Of a stretch of DNA of 64,000 bases, positions 27,130-40,434 are shown piece by piece. The notes under the pieces are model-generated. The model saw only the letters and a list, made by a program, of their open reading frames with translations, was not told the DNA's origin and ran no database searches. Source of the stretch: Microbotryum violaceum (Eukaryota); contig CDLV01000008.1 in assembly GCA_001244265.2 (NCBI GenBank), positions 1,488,001 through 1,552,000 on the forward strand, written 5' to 3'. A program made the position numbers and the translations under genes. The first letter of the stretch is position 1; the number at the start of each line of letters is the position of its first letter.

Positions 27130-28932
27130 TTTTTTTTTTGTATGAAACTCATCGCTAATTTGCAAGACGAGAAAACCCCCTACGGAACTAAAGGAGATGC
27201 TACCCAGCATGCACGATGATGACCACAACCGCCGCTTGATGCGTTGTAACTAGCAGAACAGACCAACCCGATACATCCGAGTTCAAGTCCCCCCACCCAC
27301 GGTTGCTCCCTCCCAGAGACGAATGAAAGGAAGGTTGAAGATTATACACAAGGAATCGGGAAAAGATGGATGAGTCGTTGGTGATGGTACATGTGTTGTA
27401 CAGGCGAATCCGATTATAGTCGTACAGTTGAACCTTCTTCGATCTTTTGACTTCAGCCCCCCCTGAGACCGCCATACTCCTTGAAGCCCCTTAATTCTTT
27501 GAGACGCGTCGAACAAGGCCTCCGATGGCACAAACATCCCGCTCAATCCAAATGATTCACGTGGTCCAAAGGGGGAATGTAACCCCCTGCGACCGCAGCA
27601 ATCACATACCCCTTGTACCCGTCTGCGCTGGATCTCCACCGCGGAGTCCAAACCCCTTTTCGGTTACCAAAGTCGGCCCCCCTCGCGACCGCACGACCCC
27701 AGATCACCCCCATTCCAATGACTGCAACTGCGAAACAGGCCTACTTCGCACAAAAACACACAATCCAGAGATTTCCGGGGAAAGTCACGGAGCATGTGAC
27801 AGTCCATTGGACACGCCTCGGTCGGGTGCAGCGCGGGCGGGTGGCCGTCAACACCGGCGCGCGGCTGGAGACAAGGGCGGGGTATACCTTCCGCAGGGGC
27901 CTTGCTTCCCTGCGGCGTACTCCCAATCTCGGAACGCACACTCGAGTCCCCTTGTACGTGCAGGTGGTTCCCAATCACCGCAGATACTGGGGAAAGAAGG
28001 AGCATGAGGCCCACGACGGTGATGTCATTGGGTGGGACCTCGCTCGCGTGTGGATGTGTATGGCGGTTCGGTACCCGAGTCACCCGCCGCGGGGCCGCGA
28101 CTCCGAGCGAGCAGCAAAGCAAGGAGAGGCGAGCCACGCAGGCAGTTTGTGCCGGCCTTGAACAGGAGATCACGGAGTCGCTCGACCAAAAGAGGAGACA
28201 GACCCGGCCCTTGAGAGGAGTGGAAAACTCACGGCGGAGTCCAGGAGAGGGTCAAGGGGATCCGCTTTCGCTGTGTGTCATCGTGATGTGGCAGAAGCTC
28301 GAACCAAGGGCGACAATGCCCGCCGGCGCAAAGAACCCGAGGCTCCTGGGGCGTACGGAAGCCTATGAGGAGGAATGGCAAAAAGAGCGAGAGAAAACAG
28401 GTTCAGTATTCTGGCGTGTTTGGGAGACATTTTGGAGATTGAGAAGGAGGGAAAAGGGACTTGTGATTTTTTGGGGGTTTGGTTTTTGCTTGGATAGGGA
28501 GGGAGGGACATCTACTTCATCGCGCCAATCTGAGCTCCAACCTCTCCTTCAGTCCCGCCATCTCCTTGTCCATGCTCGACATCGCTCTGGCGTGGCGATG
28601 GAGATCCCAGCGTCGGTTGCTGAGAGTGTCGAGCGCCAGCGCAATGAAGGCGCGGATTGGACGCTTTTTCGACGTCGGAAGGCGAGCGCGCAGTCGAGGG
28701 AGGCCGTGCTCGATCTGAAGTGCCGTGTAGTCGAGGTCGAGGATCGACACGACCCCCAGCGCGTCGCAGAGAATGGACCTAGCTGCTTGCCAAAATTGAG
28801 AAGAGTCAGGGCAATCATGCCAAAAGTGAGTAAAGTCATCCTCCACCCCTGCCAGGCTGCATGCCTGCACAAGGCAGCAGGCTGAGTCGCCATGCCGCTG
28901 CACAAACTGGCGCTTCCGCGTTGGCGTGAAGT
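27130..28932 (-). mobile_element. 5'-truncated LINE family D copy 2
   Basis: Same 3' end (T-run + gtatgaaactc) and ORF2 C-terminus as D1. Confidence 0.95.
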
Positions 28933-28936
28933 AACG

Positions 28937-31788
28937 TTTTTTTTTTTTTTTTTTGTATGAAACTCATCGCTAATTTGCAAGACGAGAAAACCCCCTACGG
29001 AACTAAAGGAGATGCTACCCAGCATGCACGATGATGACCACAACCGCCGCTTGATGCGTTGTAACTAGCAGAACAGACCAACCCGATACATCCGAGTTCA
29101 AGTCCCCCCACCCACGGTTGCTCCCTCCCAGAGACGAATGAAAGGAAGGTTGAAGATTATACACAAGGAATCGGGAAAAGATGGATGAGTCGTTGGTGAT
29201 GGTACATGTGTTGTACAGGCGAATCCGATTATAGTCGTACAGTTGAACCTTCTTCGATCTTTTGACTTCAGCCCCCCTGAGACCGCCATACTCCTTGAAG
29301 CCCCTTAATTCTTTGAGACGCGTCGAACAAGGCCTACGATGGCACAAACATCCCGCTCAATCCAAATGATTCACGTGGTCCAAAGGGGGAATGTAACCCC
29401 CTGCGACCGCAGCAATCACATACCCCTTGTACCCGTCTGCGCTGGATCTCCACCGCGGATTCCAAACCCCTTTTCGGTTACCAAAGTCGGCCCCCCCTCG
29501 CGACCGCACGACCCCAGATCACCCCCATTCCAATGACTGCAACTGCGAAACAGGCCTACTTCGCACAAAAACACACAATCCAGAGATTTCCGGGGAAAGT
29601 CACGGAGCATGTGACAGTCCATTGGACACGCCTCGGTCGGGTGCAGCGCGGGCGGGTGGCCGTCAACACCGGCGCGCGGCTGGAGACAAGGGCGGGGTAT
29701 ACCTTCCGCAGGGGCCTCGCTTCCCTGCGGCGTACTCCCAATCTCGGAACGCACACTCGAGTCCCCTTGTACGTGCAGGTGGTTCCCAATCACCGCAGAT
29801 ACTGGGGAAAGAAGGAGCATGAGGCCCACGACGGTGATGTCATTGGGTGGGACCTCGCTCGCGTGTGGATGTGTATGGCGGTTCGGTACCCGAGTCACCC
29901 GCCGCGGGGCCGCGACTCCGAGCGAGCAGCAAAGCAAGGAGAGGCGAGCCACGCAGGCAGTTTGTGCCGGCCTTGAACAGGAGATCACGGGGTCGCTCGA
30001 CCGAAAGAGAAGACAGACCCGGCCCTTGAGAGGAGTGGAAAACTCACGGTATAGTCCAGGAGAGGGCCAAGGGGATCCGTTTTCGCTGTGTGTCATCGTG
30101 ATGTGGCAGAAGCTCGAACCAAGGGCGACAATGCCCGCCGGCGCAAAGAACCCGAGGCTCCTGGGGAGTACGGAAGCCTATGAGGAGGAATGGCAAAAAG
30201 AGCGAGAGAAAACAGGTTCAGTATTCTGGCGTGTTTGGGAGACATTTTGGAGACTGAGAAGGAGGGAAAAGGGACTTGTGATTTTTTGGGGGTTTGGTTT
30301 TTGCTTGGATAGGGAGGGAGGGACATCTACTTCATCGCGCCAATCTGAGCTCCAACCTCTCCTTCAGTCCCGCCATCTCCTTGTCCATGCTCGACATCGC
30401 TCTGGCGTGGCGATGGAGATCCCAGCGTCGGTTGCTGAGAGTGTCGAGCGCCAGCGCAATGAAGGCGCGGATTGGACGCTTTTTCGACGTCGGAAGGCGA
30501 GCGCGCAGTCGAGGGAGGCCGTGCTCGATCTGAAGTGCCGTGTAGTCGAGGTCGAGGATCGACACGACCCCCAGCGCGTCGCAGAGAATGGACCTAGCTG
30601 CTTGCCAAAATTGAGAAGAGTCAGGGCAATCATGCCAAAAGTGAGTAAAGTCATCCTCCACCCCTGCCAGGCTGCATGCCTGCACAAGGCAGCAGGCCGA
30701 GTCGCCATGCCGCTGCACAAACTGGCGCTTCCGCGTTGGCGTGAAGTGGTACGCCAGCTTGAAGTGCACCTCGCGCTCGCGGGCCGTGGCGGGCCCGGTG
30801 TGGAACCACCCCCAGAAGAGTCGCCTTTCTTTGGGTGTGGCGAGTGATCCAGGGCGTTGTGTGTCGTCGAAACGTCGATGGTTGATGACGCGTCGAAGTC
30901 GCGCAATGGTGTAGGGTCTGTCCAAGCTCAACATTCTCCACTGATTAGCAAGCAAGGGGGCGGAGGGGAGGGGAAGTCTTTGATCAGGCATGCCGACCGG
31001 AGTCGCTCTGGGCAAGATGTGCTCGAGGGGACCGCCGGCCCGGGCTCCAGGTGCTCCAACGACACGAATGACGGGTGGTCGACGTGCGAGGACGGGAACA
31101 GGAGGCGGAAGCGGCGGGATGAAGCGATCGCCTGCGACCTGGATCCACGCCTGGACTTGATCGCGCTTCCATTGCCAAAGGTTGGACAGCTCCGAGCCGT
31201 CGCCTTGGGGATGCTTCTCAGGGGTCCAGGGCACCGTTGGAGCTGCGGGGTATTGAGCTCGAGCATAGATGTCAGCGATGGTGCGTTCGAAACTGAAATG
31301 CTTCGCCAAACGCTTATCCTGCTCCGAGAACGCCCGCGAGTCATGCAGACCCGGTTGGAGGGGGAAAGAGAAAGAAGATTGGAGACCGAAAGTTTGGCAG
31401 GATCGACGACGGCAGGGTAGCGTTCAGCGACCGAGAGCACCGCTCGCCAGCGGGGATGTAGCTCCCGGGGTGCGTCGGCGTTCCTCCACGTCCACAGATC
31501 CGCAGCAAAGTCAAAGGTCGGAAGCGCTCGCCGGATGGAACTCCGAGCCAGATCGCCCCAAATCGCAGTTGACCCGCCGGCCAGCACATCCCAGATCCGT
31601 ACCGAGACTGAATCCACCACATCCTGGATGCTCACGACGCTGAGACCGCCTCGCGCCCGTGCCGTGAAGACGACCGATTGCTTGTAGTCGCTGCGCCGCG
31701 GGCCTCCCTTCACAAAGTCGGCAAGCTTGCGCTCGATCGCCTTGATCACGTCGGATGGCGGTATGTCGGCGGAGAGAGAGAGCAACAC
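28937..31788 (-). mobile_element. 5'-truncated LINE family D copy 3
   Basis: T-run at 28937-28954; matches D1 ORF2 from VLLSLSADIPP to the stop, with one frameshift. Confidence 0.95.
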
Positions 31789-31791
31789 GAA

Positions 31792-34700
31792 TTTTTTTTT
31801 TGTAGAAAACGTTCATCATATTGCCCCCAGTTCCTTTTCCCCTGTTTTGGCCTACGGAAAAACTAGATGGAAGACTACGATGATAACACAAACCGCCCGC
31901 AAAAGTGCGAGAAACGAGCCAAGTCCACCAATCCGAGATTCGGATTCAAATGCCCTAGCCAAGCGGTTGCTCCCCCCAGGAGACTAATGAGAGAGAGAAA
32001 GAGAGATGAAGAGAAAAAAAAGAAAGAAAAGAAATGTACTAACGACAGAAGGCCCACCCCACAGCCACTTCCCACTCGGTCGAGACGAAGACAAGAGCAC
32101 GACTGCGCAACCACCACGACCCTCGACGCTCCAAGTCTCTGCTCAGTCACAACAAGACGCGGTGAAGGTCCCTCAAAACCTCCCCCATCGGCAGTCCCTG
32201 GCCCCTCAAAGCCGACTTTCTGCCTGTGTCCGCTGATCCCTCCCTTGACTCAGAACCCCGAAGCCGAAGAGCGCGAGCCACACCGAGTCGACGCCAAACC
32301 GCGAGATGGTCCATGATCCGCAACGGTGAACCTGTAACAAATGAAAGATGAAAGCGATCTATTTAGTGTACAGTAGGAGAAAATGATGTCACGAGAATTT
32401 GGTGTGTGTGTGTGGTGGTGGTGGGGGGAAAGTCGAACCCAGCCTCTACTGCCCTCTCCTCCCCCAAGCTCCTCCCGCCCTCAGTTTCAACCTCTCCTCC
32501 AAGATGATCCTCCTCCTCACAACACCCTCCATCTTCGTCCCCCACTTCTGCATCCCCCACCTCCCGCTGCTGATCATCTCCAAGACCAGCCCGGTGAATA
32601 TTTCGATCGTCCTCCCCGCTCCTTCTTGATCGCGTAGACTGGCCTTGAGCTTCGGAAGTCCGAACATGCGTTGAACAGCCGTGTAATGCGTGTTGTCGAT
32701 CGTGTCGAGCCCCAGTGCGTCGCAGAGCACGCTCCTTGCCGCGATCCAAACGTTCCCAGAGTCAACGCAGTCGAAAAAGTAGTGGTCGGTGTCGTCCACC
32801 GGCGCCTCGCAGACGAGGCACGCGGGAGAAGTGTCGTGATTCTGTTGGTGTTGCAGCTTGCGCGTCGGGGTGAAGCGGAGAATCAGCTTGAACCAAACTT
32901 CCCTCTCCCTCGCCGTCAGTGCCTTCGAGTTGACCGCCTTCCAAAAGCTCCTGAGGTCGTCCGGCTGCGGTGGTCCCTTGAGCCCGAGCGTGTTGGTAAA
33001 GGCCTTCGCGTTCAGGACCCGGCGGATGCGACGGATGGTGTACGGTCGAGCCATGTTCAGCAGCTTGTACTGGCTCGCCTGCTGTGGAAGCACCGGGTCC
33101 GGAAGGCGCTGCTCCATTGCGAAGCGGGCCACGGGCTTGGGGAGAATCGCCTCGAGCGGTGCGCTGGTGCCGATCCGGGGAGGCACGTTGAGCCGTCCTG
33201 CCGCCACCGCCACCGCCAAGGGCGTGTTCTTGTGTCGATCGACAGTAAACCGGTACCAGGCCGCGATTGCCAGTCGCTGCGGGAGCCCGCGTCGATCGTA
33301 CTCGCTGTTGTCGCCGAGCACATCCGCCGGCGGCGTCCAAAGGTGAAACCCCCCACCCGCATACAACTCGCGCCGGTAGAGATCCGCCACCTTCGGGTAG
33401 CCCTGAAGACGAAGGTAGTCAGGTATATGAACCGCGTCGATGGTCTGTCTCCCTCTGATGGGGGTGTGGAGGCTGCCGAGCAAGGTGGGAAGCGCGAGCA
33501 GGTTCGCGGTGGTCAAGGTCCTCGGGTTGACCTGCGCGTCTTGCTGTTTCGGAACCCCCAATGCTGCTCGCCATCGGGGATGGAGGTCGCTGGGGATGGG
33601 AGTGGATGGATGTGGCCAGAGATCGGTGGCCAGGTCGAGGTCGGACTGAGCTCGCTGGAGTGCCACGCGCGCAAGTCCTTGCCAGATCGCGCCCGAACCG
33701 CCGAGAAGAACGTCCCAGATCCGTGCCGCAACCGCGTCCACGACGTCCTGCATCCTGATCACCCCGAGTCCCCCCTTGAGCTTGGCTGTGAACACGATAT
33801 CTCTGCCGTAGCTGGTCCTGCCCTTGCCCCCACAGACGAAATCGACGAGCATGTCATCGAGCTTCTTGACGACTTCGGGCGGCGGGATGTCGGCTGCAAG
33901 GAAGTGCAGGATCTTGGGGATGGCGTACCGATTGACGTAAAAGGCACGGGTGTGGTGTGTGAGCCAGCGATGCTGAACCCCTTCCAGCGTCGCCTCGAGG
34001 CGTTCGATGAGATTCGCGTAGGCGAGTTCGGTGTCGCCGCTCGGGTCGAAGGGGAGGCCGATCCACTCGAGCGACTCGCCTGCGGCCTTGACGACGAGCG
34101 GGCGTTGCCCCGGGTCCCAGCGGCGTCCGATCGGTAGGACGACCGTCTTGTCCGTGTTGAGCCGGCCATTCGTTGCATGCCTCCAGTCGAGCGCCAGGTC
34201 ATCGAGCAAGTTGAGTGACCCCAAGCCCGCGACCGCGACGGCGACGACAACGTCATCGGCAAAAGCAAGCGATGTAATGGCGCGGCTCTGTGGGTACGGA
34301 TGAAGTGCAGGTATGGAGAGATTCAGCGCGATGTTTCGACGGTGTAGAGCATCCAGAAACGGCTGAAACACGATGTCCCAGACCGACGACGACGCCGGGT
34401 CCCCTTGGCCGAGCCCACACGTCAGTCGTACCGGCGCCGTCAAGAACCCATTGATGATGTAGCGGGCCGAGGTCGAGTCACCCGAGTAGAGCATCCTCAG
34501 CACGCGAAGAAAGGTGGCAGGAGCGCCCAGAGCGTCAAAGATGGCAAAGATCCAGTCATGCTCGACGAGGTCGTAGGCGGACGATTGGTCAAGAGATAAG
34601 AGTGCGGCCGCGGGGAACTCGGTCCTGCGCGCGCCAACTTCCTCGATCAGGAGACGAAGGTGTAGTGCAGCGTCAGCCGATCGGCGGTCCTTGACGAATC

Positions 34701-35305
34701 CGTGCTGCTGCGGCGGGAGGAGATCCGGTAGAATTTGGTTCAAACGGGCGACATAGACCTTGGTAAAGATCTTGTAATCGCACTCGCGCAGGGTGATCGG
34801 CCGGTACGCCGAAAGTTCGGCGCGATCAGCATTCTTCTTGTGTCGCTTGAAGATGAGGCGCACGAGTCCTTGGCCCTGCTTGGGAGAGAGTGAGCCTCGC
34901 TCTATCATCACGTTGTAGGCCTTGGTCAGCACCTTGGCCCACGCCTTGGGTGCGGTCTGGTAGAGTTCGTAGGGCACGCCCGACGGTCCCGGCGATCGCC
35001 CCGGGTGCGTCGTCCCGATCGCGGCCACGACCTCGTCCTCGGTGATTGGTCGCTGGAGTAAGTCGTTCTGTGATTCCGAGAGTCGGCGCAGAAAGAGAGG
35101 ATCCGAGCGCGGGTCGTCGCAAGTCCGCGCCGCCCTGATCGGCGCGAGGAAATCGTCCCGAAGTCGGTCGACGCGGTCCGGGTCACGAGGCTCGATGTGG
35201 TAGAGGCGCTGGAAATGCGCCTGCGTGTGGTCAAGAGCGACATCAATGTCATGCGTTAGCTCTCCGTTGCTCAAGCGCAGTGCTGTGATCTTGGAGTCCG
35301 AGTTA
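31792..35305 (-). mobile_element. 5'-truncated L1-like LINE family E with an open RT ORF
   Basis: T-run at 31792-31801; ORF 32446-35328 aligns with D ORF2 from about [10 protein letters not shown] onward; lacks the endonuclease. Confidence 0.93.
32446..35305 (-). pseudogene. ORF2 (RT + CCHC) of LINE E, N-terminally truncated but uninterrupted
   Basis: SPGPSG, YRPITL, QHGF, GQGDP, FADD, CLVC...[10 protein letters not shown]. Confidence 0.93.
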
Positions 35306-35371
35306 AACCAGGGTGTTCCGTCTGGCACTTTTAGTACGCTTTCTCGGAACGGAAATCCATCAGCGAATACA

Positions 35372-35464
35372 GGTTGTGTGTCCGAGTGGTCTAAGGAGTG
35401 TGATTAGAAAGTTCTTATCATCACATCCTCTTTGAGGGCGCAGGTTCGAATCCTGCCGCAATCG
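35372..35464 (+). tRNA. tRNA-Ser(AGA) with a ~10-nt intron
   Basis: Acceptor GGTTGTG/CGCAATC plus discriminator G; A box TGTCCGAGTGG; anticodon stem TGTGA/TCACA around TTAGAA[agttcttatc]A; long variable arm CCTC/GAGG; T loop GGTTCGAATCC. Confidence 0.93.
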
Positions 35465-35467
35465 AAC

Positions 35468-35472
35468 TTTTT
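35468..35472 (+). terminator. Pol III terminator (T5)
   Basis: TTTTT 3 nt after the tRNA. Confidence 0.75.
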
Positions 35473-36045
35473 GTCCCAAGGATCGGTCAGCGCCATTGTC
35501 AAATGCAGGTAACGGTCGGGATGATCCGTCTCGTGTCTATCATGCGTGTACGCATCTCTTTTTAGTTGCTTTCCCTCGTCTCGGGACCCGACTCTCGACC
35601 CACTCTCACCCGTTCTTCTTGACTTTTGGCTGAGTCGTTCTTGACCAAGCGCCTGGGCGATTTTTATTCTGTTTGTGCGTCACTGGTAGCATGAATCTAT
35701 TACTCGCAAAGTTGACCAAAGAGGTCTACTTTACCCGCTGTTAAAGTCGAGCTATGAAACAGACTACTGCTCCATTCTCAGACTGGCAGTTGAGTTTTTT
35801 GGCGTTACCAGTGGGATCCGATCCCGTTAAATTAACGAGCGGATGAAATTCAAATCGCATGAGAATCGATGAACAGTCGACATGATTTCAGCGAGGTAAA
35901 CAAAAACAAACAAAAAACGCAAAAACTAACCATTCATCGCCGAGACAGCCTGCCCATTCAAACATTCGTGCAATGAGATCTGGACGGTGGCATTCTTTGT
36001 CGTTCGGCCACAGTGCAGCCTTGATTTCCGGGCCCGTACCCATGT

Positions 36046-36125
36046 TGGGGGGTGGGGGGAGGAGAGGAAAAGAAAAGAAAAGAAAAGAAAAAGAATGGGA
36101 AAAAAAGGAAAAAGGAGGGGAAGGG

Positions 36126-36162
<37 letters not shown>

Positions 36163-36200
36163 AGGAGAGGGAAAGAGAAAAAAACGGAGAAAGAGAGGAT
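36046..36200. repeat. Polypurine low-complexity tract with a 34-nt A-run
   Basis: GAAAA repeats and A-run at 36126-36159. Confidence 0.9.
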
Positions 36201-36249
36201 GTGGTACGGAACACGTCATTTTGACAACATAATTCATATTAAGCAGGTG

Positions 36250-38458
36250 TTATAATACAGCTACATAGTTGTGACACTTCTTTTGTTGCCAAGCTCGGCC
36301 ATTCATCTCAGCCCTTGTCAGTCCTCTACAGAACCTTCGTGATTGTGGGTCGTTCGGATCCATTTCGTCTGTCAGCCCGAAAGGCTTCCCGCAGTCCAAG
36401 CACGCCCCGTCACACTCATTCACCGATCCGTCATCGCTTAGTTTTGTCCCCTTGCGTCGACAAGTAGTTTGCCCACATAATCGACAGTGCCTTGCCCCTT
36501 TTGTGGTACCCGTGCGCGTCAAAGCGCTGCTCGTGCCCAAGTCCGCGCTCGAACCAGCGTCGTCGCTCGAGGCAGTTGCAACAAAGGCGCGGATGGATGA
36601 CGTTGAAGGATCCGAGAAATCAACTTCTACCTCTGTAAGCCTCCCCAAGACAGGCGGTTTGTGACCGAGTAATGGCTTGGCCGCTAGCATGCTAACATCA
36701 CGACCGCGGGAGGGATCGGTAAGCAAAGCTTGAATCACTATGACGTCGTTCCCACCCATGTTCATTGTGGCTTGAGCATTTGCCAGCGACGACCATCTCG
36801 GTGCCCATGTATTGATGTGCTCTGGCATCTGTGTGAGGATTGCGCTTCAGCTCAACATCACCATTCAGTGTGACACAGACGCGACATACTTTGTAAAAAA
36901 TATCTAGTCCGTTGGCATACTTGTTCCAAGGCTCGGTAATCTCGAATATCCGAAGATTTTGAGGAGCTCCCAGTCGTACCTTGCTTGAGAGATATTTGTA
37001 TAGCGCTCGTTCGCTGGGTGTATGGGCATACAATACAGCGAATCGAGTACCCTGACGTTCCGCTGGCCAGTCGGGGCGAAGCTTGCGATCGATTGCCAGC
37101 CGGCTTTGCATATGCTGTATCGCCGGCGTATTGTTTTGCAGCAAGTTCCATGGCGACCACTTGACGGGCTCCAAACGCAGAGTCCCGCGCTCGACTTGAT
37201 AGGGCTCGATCAAAAAGCGCATTTGCGCTGTTGGCGACTGAACAACAAGCACGATGCCGAATGTCTCGGTGGATGGGGTGTAAAGCAGCGGGTTGACTGT
37301 ATCTGACACGGTGGCTGAGTGTCGTGGGAAAAATGCCGGGGTTTTGCGCCTCAGACGATGTAATTCCACAGTGAGCCAGAGGTCGTAGTGCCCCACAAAT
37401 GGTTTTCCGGTACGATTGAATGTCCCAACCTGCGAATACAAGGGAGAATGGGTGAGAATGGTTGCGCTTCTTCGAATTGCGATGGTGGAGTTGGACTGAC
37501 CGTGAGATTGTGCACTAGCACGTAGTCAGCCGTGCACGCATTGACATGGCACTGAGAAACACCAGACTTTGGAAACCGTTGGCGAAGGTTCCGATGGATG
37601 CCTCCTTCGAGACTGTTGGTGTCGCGCTGGCAGGAATATAAACGGACACCGTCATCCGCCTTTCCATCTGGCCCTCCGCAAGGCCCAAGGTCGGTGTACA
37701 GCTCGATGCCAACTGGATAGCTTTACATGAGCATGGAAGTAGCAATTCATCCGATACTTGGCCTTTCCGAATCGCCTCAAGACATCTCATCGCTGCCTCG
37801 TGCGCCGCTTTGTTGAAAAGAGGTTGCTTCGACTTCGCATCGACCGAGCTTCTCAAAGACCTCCCGGACCAAAGGCTCGAGAATGCGTGGCCGAGGGATC
37901 CATCGACGAACGCGTCTCCAAAGCTTCTATCTCCATACCGGCGAACGGACCGCTTCTTCCCACGTCATTCCGAGTTTTGCTAGGCGAGCCTTTATCAGGA
38001 GTCGATCATCCGCATTCGGGATGAAAACCGCATCGGAGAAGGCGCGAGCAAAGGCTTTGGCAGCGCCATGTTTTTTGGACACATAGATCCGGTCAAAGAA
38101 ATGCCAGAAATCGATTAAAATCCGCACAGCGGTATCGTCTGAGGAAGGGACTAGTGAAAGGGGATAGTTTGAGATACATACATCAGCTCCAGCCCCGGCG
38201 CCAGGACTGGCGCAAGTCCGTAGTAACTCACCTTTGCTTGTTGCAGCCTTGCCCCAGATAGCTTTGCCAGCTGCTTCATTCTGTCGTCCGTTTTATCGGC
38301 GCTTCGTTTCCGAAAAAAGCGTGACAGCAGTTGCATCGTAGGATATGGCACGTTGCAGCATGAAGACAAGGGGGCGCGCGGTGCGCCTGATTGCGCCGAC
38401 TCAGTGCGCTAACTCAAGTGCGCCAACTCAAGACGGTGCGCCAACTCACGCGCGCGCG
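36250..38458 (-). mobile_element. Probable Dada-type DDE transposase remnant (C-terminal half, intron-containing, degenerate)
   Basis: IDFWHFFDRI..SKKH...FARAFSDAVF (DxxH); QPLFN...IRKGQVSD; YSCQRDTNSLEGGIH (RGTNxxE-like); GHYDLWL; C-terminal CRLC...C...CLDC; gtgcgccaactca repeats at 38380-38448. Confidence 0.62.
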
Positions 38459-40415
38459 CCCAAGTCCCGTTGGGCGGCCAAGGATCAAGAACAATCTCTT
38501 GTGGGTATGCTTCGAGCATCAAGTCCGTTATCGTTGTCCTTCCTTCACTATATGTTGGTAAATTCGCATGATCTTCACCGTTGACGAGCTTGTCATTCGT
38601 TGAATATGGTTCGGTGTTCGGACGTAGATTGCCGGAGATCCTGTCGCTTGGAGATGCTTCACGCTTTTCCCTGACAAGCAAGTCGTGCTTGGAAGCAGAA
38701 GGTGCGCCACTTGGAACAGGGGCATCTACCCGGCCTTGAGGTCTTGTAGTGATATTTACGAATGGGAGTCGAGCCTTGCTGTGCTCGTAGACCTGTGACA
38801 TTTGCAATCAAAAGTCGGCTCAGCGACTAAAGCCCAACGACGTAGAATCCGTCAACTCATGAAGCTATGCGCATCTCAAGGTAATGGCTGCTTCTGCTGG
38901 CAACGAGTCGATGTCGAGTACGAAGCCGGTCAACCCGAGAACCTTGTCCGAAGAGTCGGTCGCAGCAGTAAATGCTGCGAGTTGGTCGTACCGGCAGGAG
39001 GCAAGACATGGAGTCGAGTGAGTAGATGACGTAGCCGCGTCGTTGACCACCCAGTAGTCGAAGAAGGAGTCCTCTGTACAAAGGCACAGATAAGTCGCCG
39101 AATTAAACGGTTAGTAACTGGCTGAGTGGCCTGTCAACATTGCTTGGGAATTGATCTAATCTTGTCTTGCATACCTTGGAGAGCCAGGCCAGTTAGCTCA
39201 GCAACCTCTTCCAAAATATCTCGTAGATAGACGAAACAATGTCCTGTCTCCATGAAGTTGCTGGACACCAACAGCGTAAATACCATCGGCACGTTAGTCG
39301 CCAAGAGAGGTTTCAAGGAAACCTCAGAGTTGACCATCAACACTAAGAAAGGCAAGCGGACAATATCAGTTTTCAGTGAAGCCGTTTGTTAAGCAGGCTG
39401 GGAGAGCGCATGTTGATGTAAAAATGCACCACCTATAGAGGTGGCAGCGGTAGGATGATACGCATGTCAGAACTGATCAGAACCGATAGTTGAGGAACAA
39501 GTGATCGAAGAAAAGATAAACCAGGGAGTCTGCTTTGCGAAGGCATAGGCCCAGGCGCAAGAATATAATCCACTCAGACACTAAGTCTAATCCACTGCCT
39601 TAAAACCAATCGAGCCTCCGGGCGCGCGCCTCGCCTCGTTACCGATGGGTCACCATCTAGACAACACATGTGGCGTACCTTCAAGCTTAAGAGTCGTATT
39701 TTGATGCTTGGGAAGAATGGGCTGTCCTTTGGAATAGCCTTGGGTTGTGAAACGCTTAGACGGGAGAGGTTCGGAGCTAATGCTGGTGAAAGCGAGCCGA
39801 CTTGGAGGGTAGAAGCGGAATTCACACTCTCAACACTGCTTTGACTGCGCAGCTACGGCCAACCGGGATCGCTGTTCTGGGAGCACAGGAGAGGCATTGT
39901 TGACTTCTCTTGCTTGATGGTGTGGTGGAAGGGAGTGTCGTGGGCGAGCCGCGTGGAACAAGGTGAGTCATTGTCACGGTCGTCCTGATGATCGTTGTGC
40001 TAATCGTCCACATAATTGTCACAGTTCTCCTCGCAGTCCTCTGCGGACTTGATGCGATTAGGCAAGTCGCTTGTACGATCGGTGATAGGAAATTCTCCTG
40101 TTGGAGTCGGGGATTTCGATGGCCGCGGTGCGGACACCGTGCAGGTCAGTGCTTCAGCTTGAAGGTCGCCAGAATCGACCTGAGGATGCGCTGAGTTTGC
40201 CGACTCGGGGACCGACTGGCCGTTTCCTTTCCTGATTCGACGATTGGTTACTACCGTTGATTGGCGTTTGATGCTTGGGACTTTGAATCTCGACTTGGGA
40301 GTCCGCCATTGGGGCCGGTCTCCAGCTCCAGAACGAGTCCGAGTCCAGGGCCCGGCGTCACGGTCGGGAAGTTGGCGGTTCCGCAATCTCATTGATGAAA
40401 GATTTGAGTCCGTGC
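38459..40415 (-). repeat. Second, un-inverted partial copy of the MULE 5' region
   Basis: 38459-39644 is the reverse complement of 14518-15786; 39652-40415 is a direct copy of 16120-16883. Confidence 0.95.
39411..39666 (-). repeat. Solo LTR (single-unit form of 14518-14834)
   Basis: TGTTG...CAACA termini; no TSD seen. Confidence 0.7.
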
Positions 40416-40434
40416 GCCACAAGACGTGTGGCCT

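Noticed and set aside
27613-28161. Antisense 182-aa ORF in the LINE D 3' UTR
   Set aside because: No recognisable motifs, frame not kept across D1-D3, and such ORFs are common in GC-rich DNA
35888-36255. Poly-Phe and poly-Lys ORFs
   Set aside because: Artefacts of the A-rich low-complexity tract
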